Source: Sphyrna mokarran
Taxonomy: Eukaryota
Direction: 5' to 3'
Assembly: GCA_024679065.1 (NCBI GenBank)
Contig: JAGIQG010000009.1
Coordinates: 91,760,001 to 91,824,000 of the forward strand
Length of the DNA stretch: 64,000 bases
A program made the position numbers and the translations under genes. The notes under the pieces were generated by a model, which saw only the letters and a program-made list of their open reading frames with translations, was not told the DNA's origin and did no database searches. Each line of letters begins with the position of its first letter. Position 1 is the first letter of the stretch. Of the stretch, positions 46,179 to 60,100 are shown one piece after another.

Positions 46179-48209
46179 ACTCTGCGTGGGAATGCTTGAA
46201 GACAATAGCAGATGGATAAAGTGGGGAGAGTGTATTAATTGTGTCCTTCATCCTCATTTTAATGGGATTCAGAGGAGACAATAGCAGACAGCATGCAATC
46301 CCAGTGTTCTATATGTGGGCTTTTACTGTGTTTATTGGGTAATTCAGGTCAGGAATTTCTTATCCTCTAGGCTTGGACTGTAGATATTAAGCAAAATTAA
46401 ATGAATATTGCAGATCAATTCATTGCCAGTGATTTGAGTACACTTCTGTCCAAGGAATGACAAAGGTCACTTGCAGCCCTGGGACATCCCAGTGAGTGTT
46501 ACAGAAATGAACTCTTGACAGGGCAGCCAGTTCTTCAATGGAGGAAACCATGCACACTATTTGTGCACAGCAAGCTCCCACAAACAGCAATATGATCATG
46601 GCCTGGGTACCTGTTATCCATAGCTGAAGGTTAAGGGAAAATATTAGACAGGAAAAGAAGAGATTATCCTTACTGTTCATCCAAAGAACAAGGGGGTTTT
46701 ACTAAAGACTGGTTGCAGTTTAACATCATAACACAATAGGTCGAACACTGCAGCACTCCCTCAGTAAAACATAAAGCCAGCAGAATGCCAGAGGATGCTC
46801 CTCCTTTTGAGGGGGAGAGCTCACTGACAATGATCTAATCTGACGGTTAGCATATCTCAGACAAGGGGCACGATGGAGAAGATATGACCCTTTGTAAGTA
46901 ACTCAGCCAGTACGGGAAAGGAACCCATGCTACTGGAGTCGCTCAGCATCGCAAACCAGCAACCAACTGAGCTAACCGAAGCAATGCATGCCCTCAGTGC
47001 TGACCCTCTGGCACCACAGTGTGCCCTTAGTGCCAACTTCCCAGGGAGTATGGTGTGTCCTCAGCACTGACCGCCAGGCAGCACGCTGTGTCCACAGCAT
47101 TGACCGCCAGGAACCTCGCAAGAGTTAGCACTCATTTTATGCCCCATGGCAGCTATTGCTGCCTCAGCGCTCGCGACCCCGGGATCTCATCTTGCAGTCT
47201 CAGTGGGGGTCGTGGCAGAGCTCCCCAATCTCCCAGAAGGCCAACATGTCATTTGCCTTCCTAACTGCTTGCTAACTTTGTGTGTTCATTATGTAAGTGC
47301 ATCCTGAACACCAGCATTTACAAGCTTCATGTGCTTCAGGAAAAGAAGTTTGCTTTCCTATTATCACCACCAAAGTGAATAACCTCAGGCTTCTCCGGAT
47401 TATATTCCAGATGCTATGTTATTACCCACTCATGTGGCCTGCCCATGGACAAATTCTCTGGCCTCTCAGCAGTGGGAGGCAGTTTGCTGGCAGTGGGATT
47501 CGCTGGTCCCACCCCATACTCCTAGAAATATCGTGTGAACTACAAGTGAGACCAAAGAATCCCCGCTGCTTGAAAACCCGGAGGTTCTGGCCATATCGCT
47601 TTGCAGCCTCATTATTCCACCTCACAGCTTATATTCTCACCTAGTTTTGTATTTTCAGAAGATTTAGATAGATTATGCTCTGTCTTTTCATCTAATTTAT
47701 GAGTAAAGATTGCAAATAGTCAAGGTCCCAGTAATGATCCTTGTGACCTTCCAGTCATCAAAGCCTGCCAACTTGAAAATGTCCTGTTTATCCTGACTCC
47801 GTGCTTCCCGTCCAGTACACAATTCCCTATCCATACTATTATATCTGTTACATATCACCACCCCCCCTAACCTCCCCAAAGTACCTTATTAAGCTTTTGA
47901 AAATCCAAGTATACTACATCTACTGGTTCCTCTGTAACTACCCTTCTGTTAACATGCCAGCAATAATAAACGTCTCATTTCGTGTGTGCATGTGTCTGCA
48001 TGTGTCTGCATTGTGTGTATGTGTGTGCATGTGTGTGCGTGCATATGTGCGTATATGTGTGCACATCATGTGTGTGTGTGTGCACACACGTGAACATGAG
48101 CACATGCATGTGTATGTGCGTATGTGGTGCATGTGCGCACATGTTTGTGTGTGTGTGTGCATGCACACGCATCTGGTTTTGTGTGTATGTGTGTGTGTTT
48201 GTGCGTGAA

Positions 48210-48550
48210 GTCCCATAATGTAACCCTGGCAGTCCTCGCAGTCTGCCTCCATCTCCCCTGAAGTATCTATGTTGCTTGTCCCATACAATATCTGGATGTT
48301 TCTGTATAATTTGAATTCCCCTTTCCTGGGCCCCATTATATATAGAGGAAATTCCTTCACAGTCTACCTCCTCCTCCACCTCAGTCTGCCTCCAGATTAC
48401 CGGGCACACCCCACACTGTCCAGCCACTACATATAAAGCAATAAAGTCAATCTGAGTCTGTTCCAAAGGCATGGCAGGTACAGAACTGGAAACAGTGCCA
48501 ATACTATCCTTCTCCTCTGCTCTAGTGCAATCCCCCTCTTTCCTCACCCT
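48210..48550 (-). mobile_element. Degenerate retroviral/LTR integrase relic
   Basis: PAMPLEQTQIDFIAL resembles the P..PFE.LQIDF..L first catalytic-Asp motif; HPDIVWD...YFRG resembles P..I.SDNG..F.G. Confidence 0.45.
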
Positions 48551-49279
48551 CCCAGCTTCTAACTGGAGACTTCAAAATAATTTGGCACATTGGAGGTTTT
48601 CGGAGTAGTGAAACAGGATGAAGCATCAGAGGGACAGACAAAGGGATACAGAGGACAGAGAAAGACAGACAGCACGAGAGTGAAGAATACATCCAAAATA
48701 AAATGGGATAGTGGGAGTGGGGAAGATGGAGATAGAGAAATGGGGTGATGAAATGCGTGGGTTTCAAGGTTTTTCTTAAACATATAAGATCATAAAATAT
48801 AAGAGCAGAAGTAGGCCACTTGGTCCATCGAATCTGCTTTGCCATTCAATGAAATCAGGACTGAGTTGATTTGTTAGTCCTCAACTCCACTCTCCCACCT
48901 TATCCCCATAACCATCGAATCCCTTATCTCCACATCATGCTGTTTTCCTTAACCCTTTTGGGGAAAGTGGTGGAAAGATTCCTGAGCTGATTGTCAGCTT
49001 GTTGAATTTCCACAACCAATGGGTCCTGGTGTTGGATTCGAATCTGCAGCTTCTGTTTCGGAGGGAGGGACACTAATGTTACACCACAAGGTCTCTTCTG
49101 GAGTCTGAGCACATGTGGGTAAATTCACTCAGTGTTGTTAAATAGGGGTGTTGAGCTGCAGCTTCAGATCACCACCTGGAATTTAGTGACAACAAGAGAG
49201 AGTTGGATATACGAGGGAGGAACGGGAAACTAGAATTCCCAGCAACAAGCTAGTCAGGAAATGAGGGAAGGAGCAAAAT

Positions 49280-49600
49280 TATAGAACCCCACAGTACCCA
49301 AAGAGGGTCTTCAACCCATCGAGTCTGCATCGAACACAATCCCACCCAGGCCCTACCCCCATATCCCCACTAATCTCTCTAACCTATGCATCTCTGGATA
49401 CTAAGGGGCAATTTCTTACCATGGCCAATCAACCTAACCTGCACATCTTTGGACTGTGAGAGAAAACCTGACTACCCAGAGGAAACCCATACAGACATGA
49501 GGACAATGTGCAAACTCCACACAGACAGAGACCCAAGCCAGGAATCGAACCCAGGACCCGGGAGCTATGAAGCAGCAGTGCTAATCACTGTGCTACTGTA
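49280..49600 (-). mobile_element. tRNA-derived SINE
   Basis: Typical body and head. Confidence 0.75.
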
Positions 49601-49991
49601 CCACCCTGCTACCATGCCGCCCAAAAGTTGAGCGTTTGATTAAAGAAAGCTGATAAAAGGGCTGGTGTATTTGAGGGGGACAAGACAAAATCTATTTTGT
49701 TTGAATTTGAGCAGAAGAGGAGTCATCACATTGCTGGGTGTTCACTGTCAATGTGGGGGAGAGGGAAGAAGACATAGCATAAAGTGGCTGGTGGGGTCGA
49801 AAGCAGGAGCGACTAAATGACAAAAGGGACAATGGAACGAGAGGAACAAGATGGTAATGAGACAAGATGAAAAGAGATTTGGGGGAGGTTTGAAGAGAAT
49901 GATCATGAACAGTTACTTTCCAGAAAAGACAGAATGATCCCTGACCCTGGGATACGAGGATATTCTCCTCATGATCACATATCCGGCTGTC

Positions 49992-50300
49992 AGCATGGTG
50001 GCACAGTGGCTGCCTCACAGCGCCAGGCACATGGCTTCAATTCAGCATTAGTAATACTCTGTGTGGAGTCTACACATTATCCCCGTGTCTTCCTGGGTTT
50101 CCTCCAGATGTTGCAGTTTCCTTCCACAGTCCAGTGACGCGCAAGTTAGGTTAATTGGCTGTTCTAAATTGCTCCTCGGTGTCAGGGAGACTAACAGGAT
50201 AAATATGCGAGGGTTAAGAAGATAGGCCTGGGTGCGATTGTTGTCAGTTCAGGCTCGATGGGCTGAATGACCTCCTTCTACACCAGAGAGATTCTATCAT
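49992..50300 (+). mobile_element. tRNA-derived SINE
   Basis: cagcatggtggcacagtggctgcctcacagcgccagg... with CR1-type tail gggctgaatgacctccttct. Confidence 0.75.
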
Positions 50301-52639
50301 TCTGTCTGAATTGCTCTCATTCACCTGTCACCAAATACCTCGATGTGATGTTCAGAAAGGGTCACCATTGAGTGGCTGGCAGTGACTGCAAGTACAAACC
50401 GTCTGGATTTCCTGCGCTGTTTCAAACCAGATGCAGTGACCTCTTCATGCAGACATGGCGATGCTGTCGGAACTTCCTCAACTGGCACAAGTTTTTGACT
50501 CCCCATTTGTTGGTGGTGGTGGGTGAGGGGGAGGAGGAGGGGTGTCTCAGGGTGTGGGGGGAGTGGGTTCTAGCAACACATTATCTTGAAATCAGGGAGC
50601 AAGGTAACAAACCTTTAAAATTATAAACAATTTGCGATGGGGGCCCTTGACCATTTATTTATTGTGCCTAGTCAGCAAGATCTTCCTAAAGCAGTTATGT
50701 TGCTTTCAAGTGGACCGTAACTCTTGTAAATCCATCCCTTTCCTTCCAACCTCTTGTCTTCCACCTCCTCTGCCACAAGTAAGTACTGTATTTTATTATT
50801 GTGTGGGTTGTGGGAGTCACTGACACATCCCTAATTGCCCTTGCTGGGCCACATTGCCGTGAGCCTGCAATCACATATAGGCCAGACCAGGTAAGGACAG
50901 CAGATTTCCTTCCGGAAAGGACATTTATGAACCAGATAGGTTTTTATAAGAATCCATATCATTGGATTTTTAATAGTAATTTTTATTGAATTCAAATTCC
51001 GCCATTTGCCGTGGTGGCATTCCAACCCAGAGCATTGCTCTGAGTCTCTAGATTATTAATCCAGGGACGATACCTCTACATCACCAGTTCCTCACAAGCA
51101 AGCTCAAGTTTAATTCAGTATTGCTTAGTACAGGCACAGTACAGGCTCATTGACCCTCTATGTTGTGCCAAGCTTTGTCCAAACTCAAGGTCAAGCTATC
51201 CCACTCCCTATGGTTTTGATAGTTATCTTTCAATTATATTTATATCTGCATTGTAAAAGCAAACTATTGCAGAGGCTGGAGATTAGAAATTGCTGCAGCA
51301 TGCGTGACAAGTGGGATAGAGTGAACATTTCAGACCAGTGACCCTCCATCACAGCTCTGCACTTAACTGTTAATTCCATGTCCAAAGATGTGTGGGTTAG
51401 GTTGATTGGCCAGGCTAAATTGCCCGAGTGTCAGGGAGTCCAGCAAGATAAATACTTAGGGTTATGGGGAGAGGACCTGGGTGGGATTGTTATCAATGCA
51501 GGTTTGCAGATTCAGTGGCTGAGCAGACTCAATGGGCTGAATAGCCTCTTTCTGCACTGTAGGATTCTGTAGTCCTATGTGACTCTGTGTTACTAGTTTA
51601 TCAGTTTTGTTTTGCCATATCTTATTTCCTGATCAGAGATTGATTTTTCTGTGCTGTGCTCCATTTCTCTGCTGTGTGTGTATCTGATCTCCTGCCTCAC
51701 GATTGGCACGTGCTGCCAGCCGTTCAAGTGTAGGCCCATCCCTCAAACACATTGTGTCTCAAACTCACGGATCACACTTCCCTCACCCTCCCTCAGGAGA
51801 AAGTGGCAGCCACAGCTAACTAGCAGCGCAGGGCAGGTAACATGTCTATCTGTGTAAATGTGCAGGATACAGGCACAGTGAAGGTTCGTTGAGCTCATGG
51901 TTCAGTCAGTGCTGGTATTGTACCCTTCCCACAAAACTGATCAGGTTCAGAGCTGGAGGACGATGAATCCAGCGACAGGGAGGCAATGACATGGAAGTAA
52001 GTGGTAAGGGAAAACAAGAAAATGGGAAAATATGAATGTAGCGACAGGAGTGGGCCATTCAGCCCATTGAGGCTGCTCAGCCACTGAATAAGACCATGGC
52101 TGATGAATGGATACCAATTGAAAAATTCAATACAAAAGTGTGGGAGATGGGGACACTAAGATAGCAGCCTCTGAGTTTCCTGCGATATTAGTTTCACTGT
52201 CAGTGACGCGGGTAGCTGCAAGGAAGAATTTGCATTTCTGTTGCCCCTCTCGCTGGCCTGTGACTGATTTGAAGATGAATTTCAGCTCCCCCTCTTCCCG
52301 ACTCTAATGTGCCAGAGACTGGCACCACCCTAGGAATTCTGGGTGTCAGAGTCTGCTTCAAAGACCAAGAGTGCTACTGACTGAGACAAGTCATCCACAG
52401 GACTGGCACTGCCAATTTTGTGCCATTTTGGGTCACTTAGTTCCATGGCTCAAATCTCAGGGGAGAATCTTCCTCACCTGAATCTGGGACTACAACTGAG
52501 TTTGAGCTGTTAGTGAATCACTCCAATTGGAATTTGATGCATTTATTGAAAGAAGAAGAATATACGCACAGTTAGGACAAGATACATTAGTTAAAATTTA
52601 TACCAGTAATGCAATTCATCAACCAATTCTACAAAGTTG

Positions 52640-53050
52640 GTATGATGGGTACCATGTTGCAGCTGCAGAATGTGGGAACTGATGGATACCTGTGAGATTC
52701 AACTCAAACACTTCAGTAGTGTCACAGTTGGAGGAACCTTGGCTCAGATCCTTTGAGCTGGGGACCGAGCTATGAGGAACTGCAATACATCAGGGACGGG
52801 GAATAGGAACACCTTGTGCCAAGTTCTAATTCAGTTCATAGTGAGGGAAGGTAGGGTGCAGCTACTAGTGAGGCAGGTCTGAGCATTAAGAAGTACAAGT
52901 GGAGAAGTCTTAGCCTTTCCAATTATCCAACAGGTTCCAGATTTTTGCAGATTGCATGAAAGAAAGCATGAGCTGAAAGATGGACAAGCAAACTGACCAA
53001 GGTCCTGGGAAAATTGAGAGCCGTACCATTGGGGCAATCTTCATCTGAAC
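52640..53050 (+). mobile_element. Degenerate CR1 ORF1 fragment
   Basis: CCSCRMWELMD and LSNRFQI motifs typical of the CR1 ORF1 N-terminal region. Confidence 0.45.
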
Positions 53051-53669
53051 CAGACAAGACCAGAGTAATGGCAGGTTCTATAATTAGAGTGGCAGAGAGG
53101 GTTCTGATTACCAGATAAGAAACTGCAATGTTATCAAATATCAGTAGGCCATCAAACCATAGTGACAATATAGAACAATGTAAAAATCATGAGGCAGAAT
53201 TTTCCCAAAATTGCACAGACTGTTGGATCAGGAGAGAAAAGCAGTGTGAAACACACTGGCTTCACAGGCATCTTCTTTCACCAGGTTAAACAGGTATATT
53301 TATTACCAGATTTAATAGCATTCTGTGCAGTTTCAGAGATCTGGTGAGGATCACGTAGCCAGTTGGAGGGGTGGGGCCTACACATGCTGGCAACGCTGCC
53401 AATCCGAGCCATTTAAAGGGATCCTCGATCTCAAAGTTATATTTAAGGTACTCTATCGATTCCAAAAAAACACCACAAGCGTCACACCTCTCCCCAAAAC
53501 AATGCTAAGATTGGGGCACTCCCCGCAGCTTCCTCCCCTTTCCAATACAGATATAACTTCTCTGCAGCTCGCACATATCAGTTTTAAACCTCAGATGACC
53601 TTTGATATCTTCGATGAGGGTTGAATATCAATCTGAATTCATTGCAAACTCACACAACACTTTGGGACT

Positions 53670-54199
53670 CTACGGTTCAAAGTCACGGAGTTTAAGAGCC
53701 CCGTCACTCATACCGGGAGATTGAGGATAGAGGAAAGGGAAGAGTTTCTCAGTGAATGTGTCAGTGAAAATGTAGAGAGCGGACATATCACTGGCATTGT
53801 AAAAGATCACCTGTCCCCTCTCATAGTCCAGGAAAACTCCGATTGTTCTCGGTTTCTCATTCAGAGTCAGTGGGACAAAATATTGTTCATTTGCTCCATA
53901 TTTATGACCTCTCCATCCCACACTCCAATACCCTTCATTAGGATTCAGTGTGAGCTTTCCTTTCCTATTGGCTGACTCTCTGGCCACACCCACTGTGTGG
54001 GTGCCACTGACCCCCACCTCCACCTCCCAGTAATGTTTCCCTGATGTGAATCCCTCTGACCCCAGGACACAACGACACTCATCAAACCTCTCCGATTTAA
54101 CACGAAGCCGGGAATCCTTGAATTTCACACAGGTCTGGCCGTCAGACAGGAAAAAGTCACGATGCACTGTACTCGGGTCCAGTGTCAGTGAGTCAGGAG
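53670..54199 (-). CDS. TRIM terminal exon, B30.2/PRY-SPRY domain
   Basis: Acceptor ctttttctccAG. Motifs LTLDP.T.H, ERFD...[46 protein letters not shown]. Confidence 0.96.
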
Positions 54200-57100
54200 C
54201 TGGAGAAAAAGAAGGAGTGAATGGCTTAAACATTTTTCCTAGAAAATGTACATGGACACAGTTTATAACTGTATTCAGCACCCCTCCCATAAATTCAATG
54301 TCATTAACTTTTCCCAGACTCCAGTGTGTACAGTGAATAGATATTACAGACTGGGTACGGTGTACGGTTAAATATATTCCCAGACTCCAGTGTATATAGT
54401 GAACAGATATTACAGACTGTGTATGGTGTACAGTTAGATATATCCCCAGACTCCAGCTGCGCTCCCTCGCCTCCTCCGTAGGATTGAACTGAAAAATAAA
54501 GAAACTGGGAGCAGGATTAGGCAACTCAGTTCCTCAAGTTTGCTCTGCTATTCAATACAATCATAGAACATAGAACATAGAACATAGAACATTACAGCAC
54601 AGAACAGGCCCTTCGGCCTTCGATGTTGCTCTCGTTTCAGGCTCATCATCACCTTCCTCCCCTTCTCCTCCCTTGGTGGACAGGGCTGTGGAGAGGAGGC
54701 AGAGTTGAGATTAGCCATGACCATATTATGGAGGCAATCTTGATGTTAGCTTGTCTCTGTGTTCCAGCATTGTCTTTATATAAATGAAAAAAATTGCAAC
54801 AAGAAAACTGCATGTTGCCATCGAACTCCATGTACACCCCATTCTCCATCAATGCAAGTCTCTGCTGCCTCCTGCCCCATCATGCACATGACCTTTTACA
54901 AAATGCCTCCAACCTACTGTTCTTTACCTTTACTCCTTCATCCCAACTCACCTCGTATCATTTGGATATTTGAAATATCCAAATTTCCAATATGTTGGTG
55001 CACTTTTTATACATAATCATGCAAACTTTTAACATTGCTGAAGGTCCCTTATATCTCTACATTGGCTACTAGCTGAATCATAGAATCCCAACAGTGTAGA
55101 AAGAGGCCATTCAGTCCATCTATTCTGCACCGACTCTCCGCCAGAGCATTCCATCTAGGCTCTATCCTCATAACTCCACACATTTCCTGTTGCTCATCCT
55201 CCTAACCTGGGACACTAATGGGCAATTTAACAGGCCAGTACACCTAACCTGCACACCTTTGGACTGTGAGAGGAAACCAGAGCACCTGGAGGAAACCCAC
55301 ACAGGCATGAGGAGAATGCCAACTCCACGCTGACAATCACTCAGGACTGGAATTGAACTTAGATTCCTAGCGCTGTGAAGCAGCAGGTACTAAACACTGT
55401 GCCACCACCAACTCCCATCTGAACTAAACTACGCACTCCAGATTTCACAGTGCCGGCATACCACAATCCAACCTCTGTGGAGGCAACTGATCATTTATTG
55501 CCTTAGTAATACACTCCTAACGAGCTCCCAGGAAAATGCAAGGGCTGTGTTCGGGGGAAGAGGCCTGAAATTTCTGGCCTCATTCAACATTTCCACCAAG
55601 GCCAGGAGGTTCCAAGGAAGTGGTGAAAATCTGCGTTCGAGCCACTGGGTGTCAAATAAAAGGATGTTGAATCACTCAATCTCAGATTTCACATGAAGAA
55701 CATTCCCTGGAGTGGGGTCCCTGATGCTGCTGTCCCAGTGATCTCTACCCAGTAATAGGCAGCACCTTCAGGAGAGGGAGGATGAGAGCAGAAAGCTGTA
55801 CAGAGAGTGGACACCAAGCTGGGGAGTTTCTTACCTGGAAAGATGGTCCATTTCATTGCCTTCCACACTGGGTGGAGAAACAGGCCTTGGAATCCTGCAT
55901 ATTTCTGTCTTGGAAACATCACTATCTCCTTATTCAGTTTAAAGACATCACTTTCATCTGAATCTGAATCTTTCAATCCAAATTCAATTTCTTCATCTTC
56001 ACTCTCTTCTGAATCTTCCACATCCTTCCTTTTATCCAGGTAACTGTGTGAATGGGATTGATTTAATCACTCACTGTTTGGATACAAACTGCCATCATTG
56101 TGTAAAACCCTGTGTAAGTTTGGATTAGATACTCACCTTTCTTTCAATCTTTTTAGTTCCTGTGGGACAAAGAATCAGAAACGTTTTAATAAATAAACAT
56201 GCTGCTGTTTAGATTGTAATTTTTAATGGTGTACAGTCAGTGGTTATAGTTAAATGTGAAAGGATCTGATGGAGTTTTCAATGATTCACTGATTTGATAC
56301 CACATCAAATATCACCCTCTTCCCTTCCATGTCCAACCTCGAATGCTCAGATAGAGTTTGCTCTGTTGTTGAAGACTTTGAAGGTTCATTGATCTTTTCA
56401 TTCCTGTACACTTTGTTCCCAATAACTCAGGCCATCTTGCTGCTCTGTGCAACTCTGACCTTAGACCGTGATTTGGAAACTTGATCTCAGTGTCTGCTCA
56501 ATGAGAAAGTGTCAATAATCTGTCAGAGATATTCAGATGTTGGGTCGCAAACTATTTCTGGGTATGTGAAGCCATTGAGTTCATCAATTCACCACCAGAC
56601 TATCAGTGATCCCCTCCCACCCTCATCGCATAACCTAAATGTACACTTAGCTAACGCTATCTGACTCAGGAGAATGAAATCATTTGATCTTCAGACTCAT
56701 AGTAAGATGTAAATTTACAGCTTTAGAAATAGACAAATGTGGCTTGGATATTAACAACTTTAAAGTCAACCATGGGAGTCTTTCAGGCATGATGGGAAAG
56801 TTAGCCAACACAGAGGAATGATGGGAAAGCTACTATGAGGATTCACCTCACAATCATGAATTTTAAAATCCTAACTATAGTCACAATTTAGAGAAGAAGG
56901 TATAAGGAGATAGCAGAGCAGATAGAGAGTCAGGAAGTCCACTCTACGTAGGTAACTGACCATCTTTGTAAAACATTGGATTTTGCACTCCCACCCAACC
57001 CAAAAATGGAAATTCCTGCTCAATGTCAATGGATCTTTAAATGGTCTGTGAAATTTTCTGTCCAGGCCAAGAAGTTCCCCATGGCAGGTGGGACATGAAA

Positions 57101-60100
57101 TTTACTCTCATTGTATTTTCTCTGTAACTGATTTGTTGAGATATGTGGGTGAGGCTTAGACCAAGTTGTGGATAGAAACAGCATATGGGGTGAGAGTCTA
57201 CGAAAAGGCAGCAAGGACTAATCTCCCAACACTTGTTGGATAAAAACCTTAGGCAATGGAATGCTCACCCTTGTGTGGTCTTTATCTTTGACCACATATC
57301 TAATAGGCCTTTGCATGAGGAGGTCTTGTGGAGCACTGGGTAGCACCACTTCCTTTGAGCCAGAAGCTGCAGGTTCCAGTCCCACCCCAGGATCTGATGG
57401 TCAAGGAAGGTATGTTCATAACACAGCAAAATAGGTTGAGAGTGCCAATCTACAAATGCTTCTCAACACACCAATAGCTGGCAGCCAGAGCAGGAAAGAT
57501 TATTTTTTTTAAAACTGGTCAGTTAAATGATGGAAAGAAATGGGAGCCTCTATCATCACTATCCAAACTTGCAGGTTACAAAGCTTTAACTTGCTGTCTC
57601 AACCCTCTTTGGCCTCCTGACTTCTCAACATTTCTATCATACTGCAGGCTGTATTTTGACTTTAGCAGATATAGGTTTGCTCACCCAACTAACAGTCCTC
57701 GCCATTCCTGTTAACCTTTGAATACAAATCAGCAGAAGCATTAGTGGGGTGACAGAGCTGATAGGACAGTTTATTCTGTCACCAAGATAAAGGCCAAATA
57801 GTGCATTTGGAGACCTGAATTAAAAATTGAAAACAATGGAAAAACCCAACAGGCCTGGGAGCAGCCGTGTGAGAGAAAAAGTGCTAATGTTTTGTGTTTA
57901 TCTGAGCATTCTGAGGAACTGTTCAGAACAGGTTTGGAAGAAGTGTCATAGAAAACTCTAACTTTTCTTGGGTAACTAAACTGATTACACAGTTGAAACC
58001 TTCTGACGTTTGCGGTTTTAATTGTATTTTTTAGATGATTCCCACTGCAAGATAATTAGAACATAAAACATAGAAAAACTACAGCACAAATAGGCCCTCC
58101 ACTTCCTCATCCAGGTCATTTATAAAAATCACAAACAGCAAGGATCCCAGAACAGATCCTTGAGGCACTCTACTGGTGACTGACATCCATGCAGAAAAAG
58201 ATCCATCTACAACCACTCTCTGTCTTCTGTGGGTAAGCCAGTTCTGGATCCACAAGGCAACAGCTCCTTGGATCCCATGTCTTCTCACCTTCTCAAGACA
58301 TCTTGCACGGGGGACCTTATTGAACATCTTGCTGAAGTCCATCTAAACCATATCTACCATTCGTCCTTCATCAATGTGTTCAGTCACATTTTTCAAAGAG
58401 CTCAACCAGGCTTGTAAGACACAATCTGCCTTTGACAAAGCCGTGCTGACTACTTTTGAGCATACTAAACTTCTCTAAGTGTTCATAAATCCTGTCTCTC
58501 AGGATCTTCTCCATCAACTTACCAACCACTGAGGTTAGAATCACCTATTGATAATTTCCTGGGCTGCCCCTGTTCCTTTTCTTGAATATAGGAACCACAT
58601 CCACAATCCTCCAATCATCCGGAATCTCTCCTATCTCCATCAATGATGCAAAGATCATTGTCAGACGCTGTCCAATCTCTTTCCTTGCCTCCCACAGTAA
58701 CCTGCGATGCATCCCATCTGGTCCTATCTTGATGCTATTCAAAAGTTCCAACACATCCTCTTTCTCTTTCTTAATTATTCAATCGAGCATCCACGTACAA
58801 TGATCCAAAGCTCAGAAGTTATGAGGCAATTCTATCGAAATACAACAAATCAGTGAAAGGCAAACAGGCCGTTTGGCTCATCTGTTTAATGCTGGTGCTC
58901 CATATTAGTCCATTTCTATCTCAGTAAACGGAGTTTTCCTATCCGTTTTATTAATTCTGGTTCCCAGTTTGGATCTTCCCTACAAGTGGAAATATATTCT
59001 ACATAGAATTCATCAAAGCTCATCAAGACAATCTTGACTGACAGTCCTCAGTTATACTGCACATGACATACTGTTGGAACAACATAAGAACATAAGAACT
59101 AGGAGCAGGAGTAGGCCATCTGGCTTCTAGCCTGTTTCGCTATTCAATAAGATCATGGCTGATCTTCTTGTGGACTCAACTCCACTTACTTGCCCACTCA
59201 TCATAACTCTTCATTCCTTTACGGTTCAAAAATTTATCTATCCTTGCCTTAAAAACATTCAGTGAGATTGCCTCAACTGCTTCACTGGGTAGGGAATTCC
59301 ACAGCTTCACAAGCCTTTGTTTGAAGAAGTTCCTCCTCAACTCGGTCCTAAATCTGCTTCCCCTTATTTTGAGGCCATGTCCCTTAGTTCTAATTTAACC
59401 CGCCAGTGGAAGCAACTTCCCTACTTCTATTTTATCTATTCACTTCATAATCTTATATGTTTCTATAAGATCTCCCCTCATTCTTCTGAATTCCAATGAG
59501 TATAGCCCCAGTCTACATAATATCTCCTCATAAACCAACCTTCTCATCTCCGGAATCAACCTCTCTTTTGCAGCCGCTCTAGTGTCAGTGTATCCTTTCT
59601 CAAGTAAGGAGACCAAAACTGTACACAGTACTCCAGGTGTGACCTCACCAGACCTTATACACTGCAATATAACCTCGTTTTTAAAGTCCATCCCTCTAGC
59701 AATGAAGGACAAAATTCCATTTGCCTTCTTAGTTTTCTGCCACAGCTGTAAATCAACTTCTTGAAATTCCTGCACAAGGACATCCTGGTCCCTCTGCACA
59801 ACAGCATGCTGCAATTCTTCACTATTTAAATAATCGTCTATTTTGATACCAAAAATAGATAACCTCACATTTACAAATGCGATAGGGGGTTTGTGAGGTG
59901 GTGGAGTGAGGAATGATAGCCATACTGAAGCTATGGTAGAGAATAGTAGCCATATTAATAACTGTGTCCTGTGAAAGTGTTAAACCATGAAAAAGCAAGT
60001 ACATACGTTAACAGCAGAGACATGCACATCAGGATAGAAAGCTGCTATATAAAGGACAACTGTGAGTATACAGATCTTTCGGATAAGCAGAAAGTGAGGA

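Noticed and set aside
51700-51842. ATTGG + CACGTG motifs followed by a CAG|GTAAC donor (possible promoter/first exon)
   Set aside because: Short motifs expected by chance; no downstream coding exon found.
54200-54524. N-terminal extension of the B30.2 ORF
   Set aside because: Intronic read-through across a 66-bp repeat; the real exon begins at the acceptor at 54200-54201.
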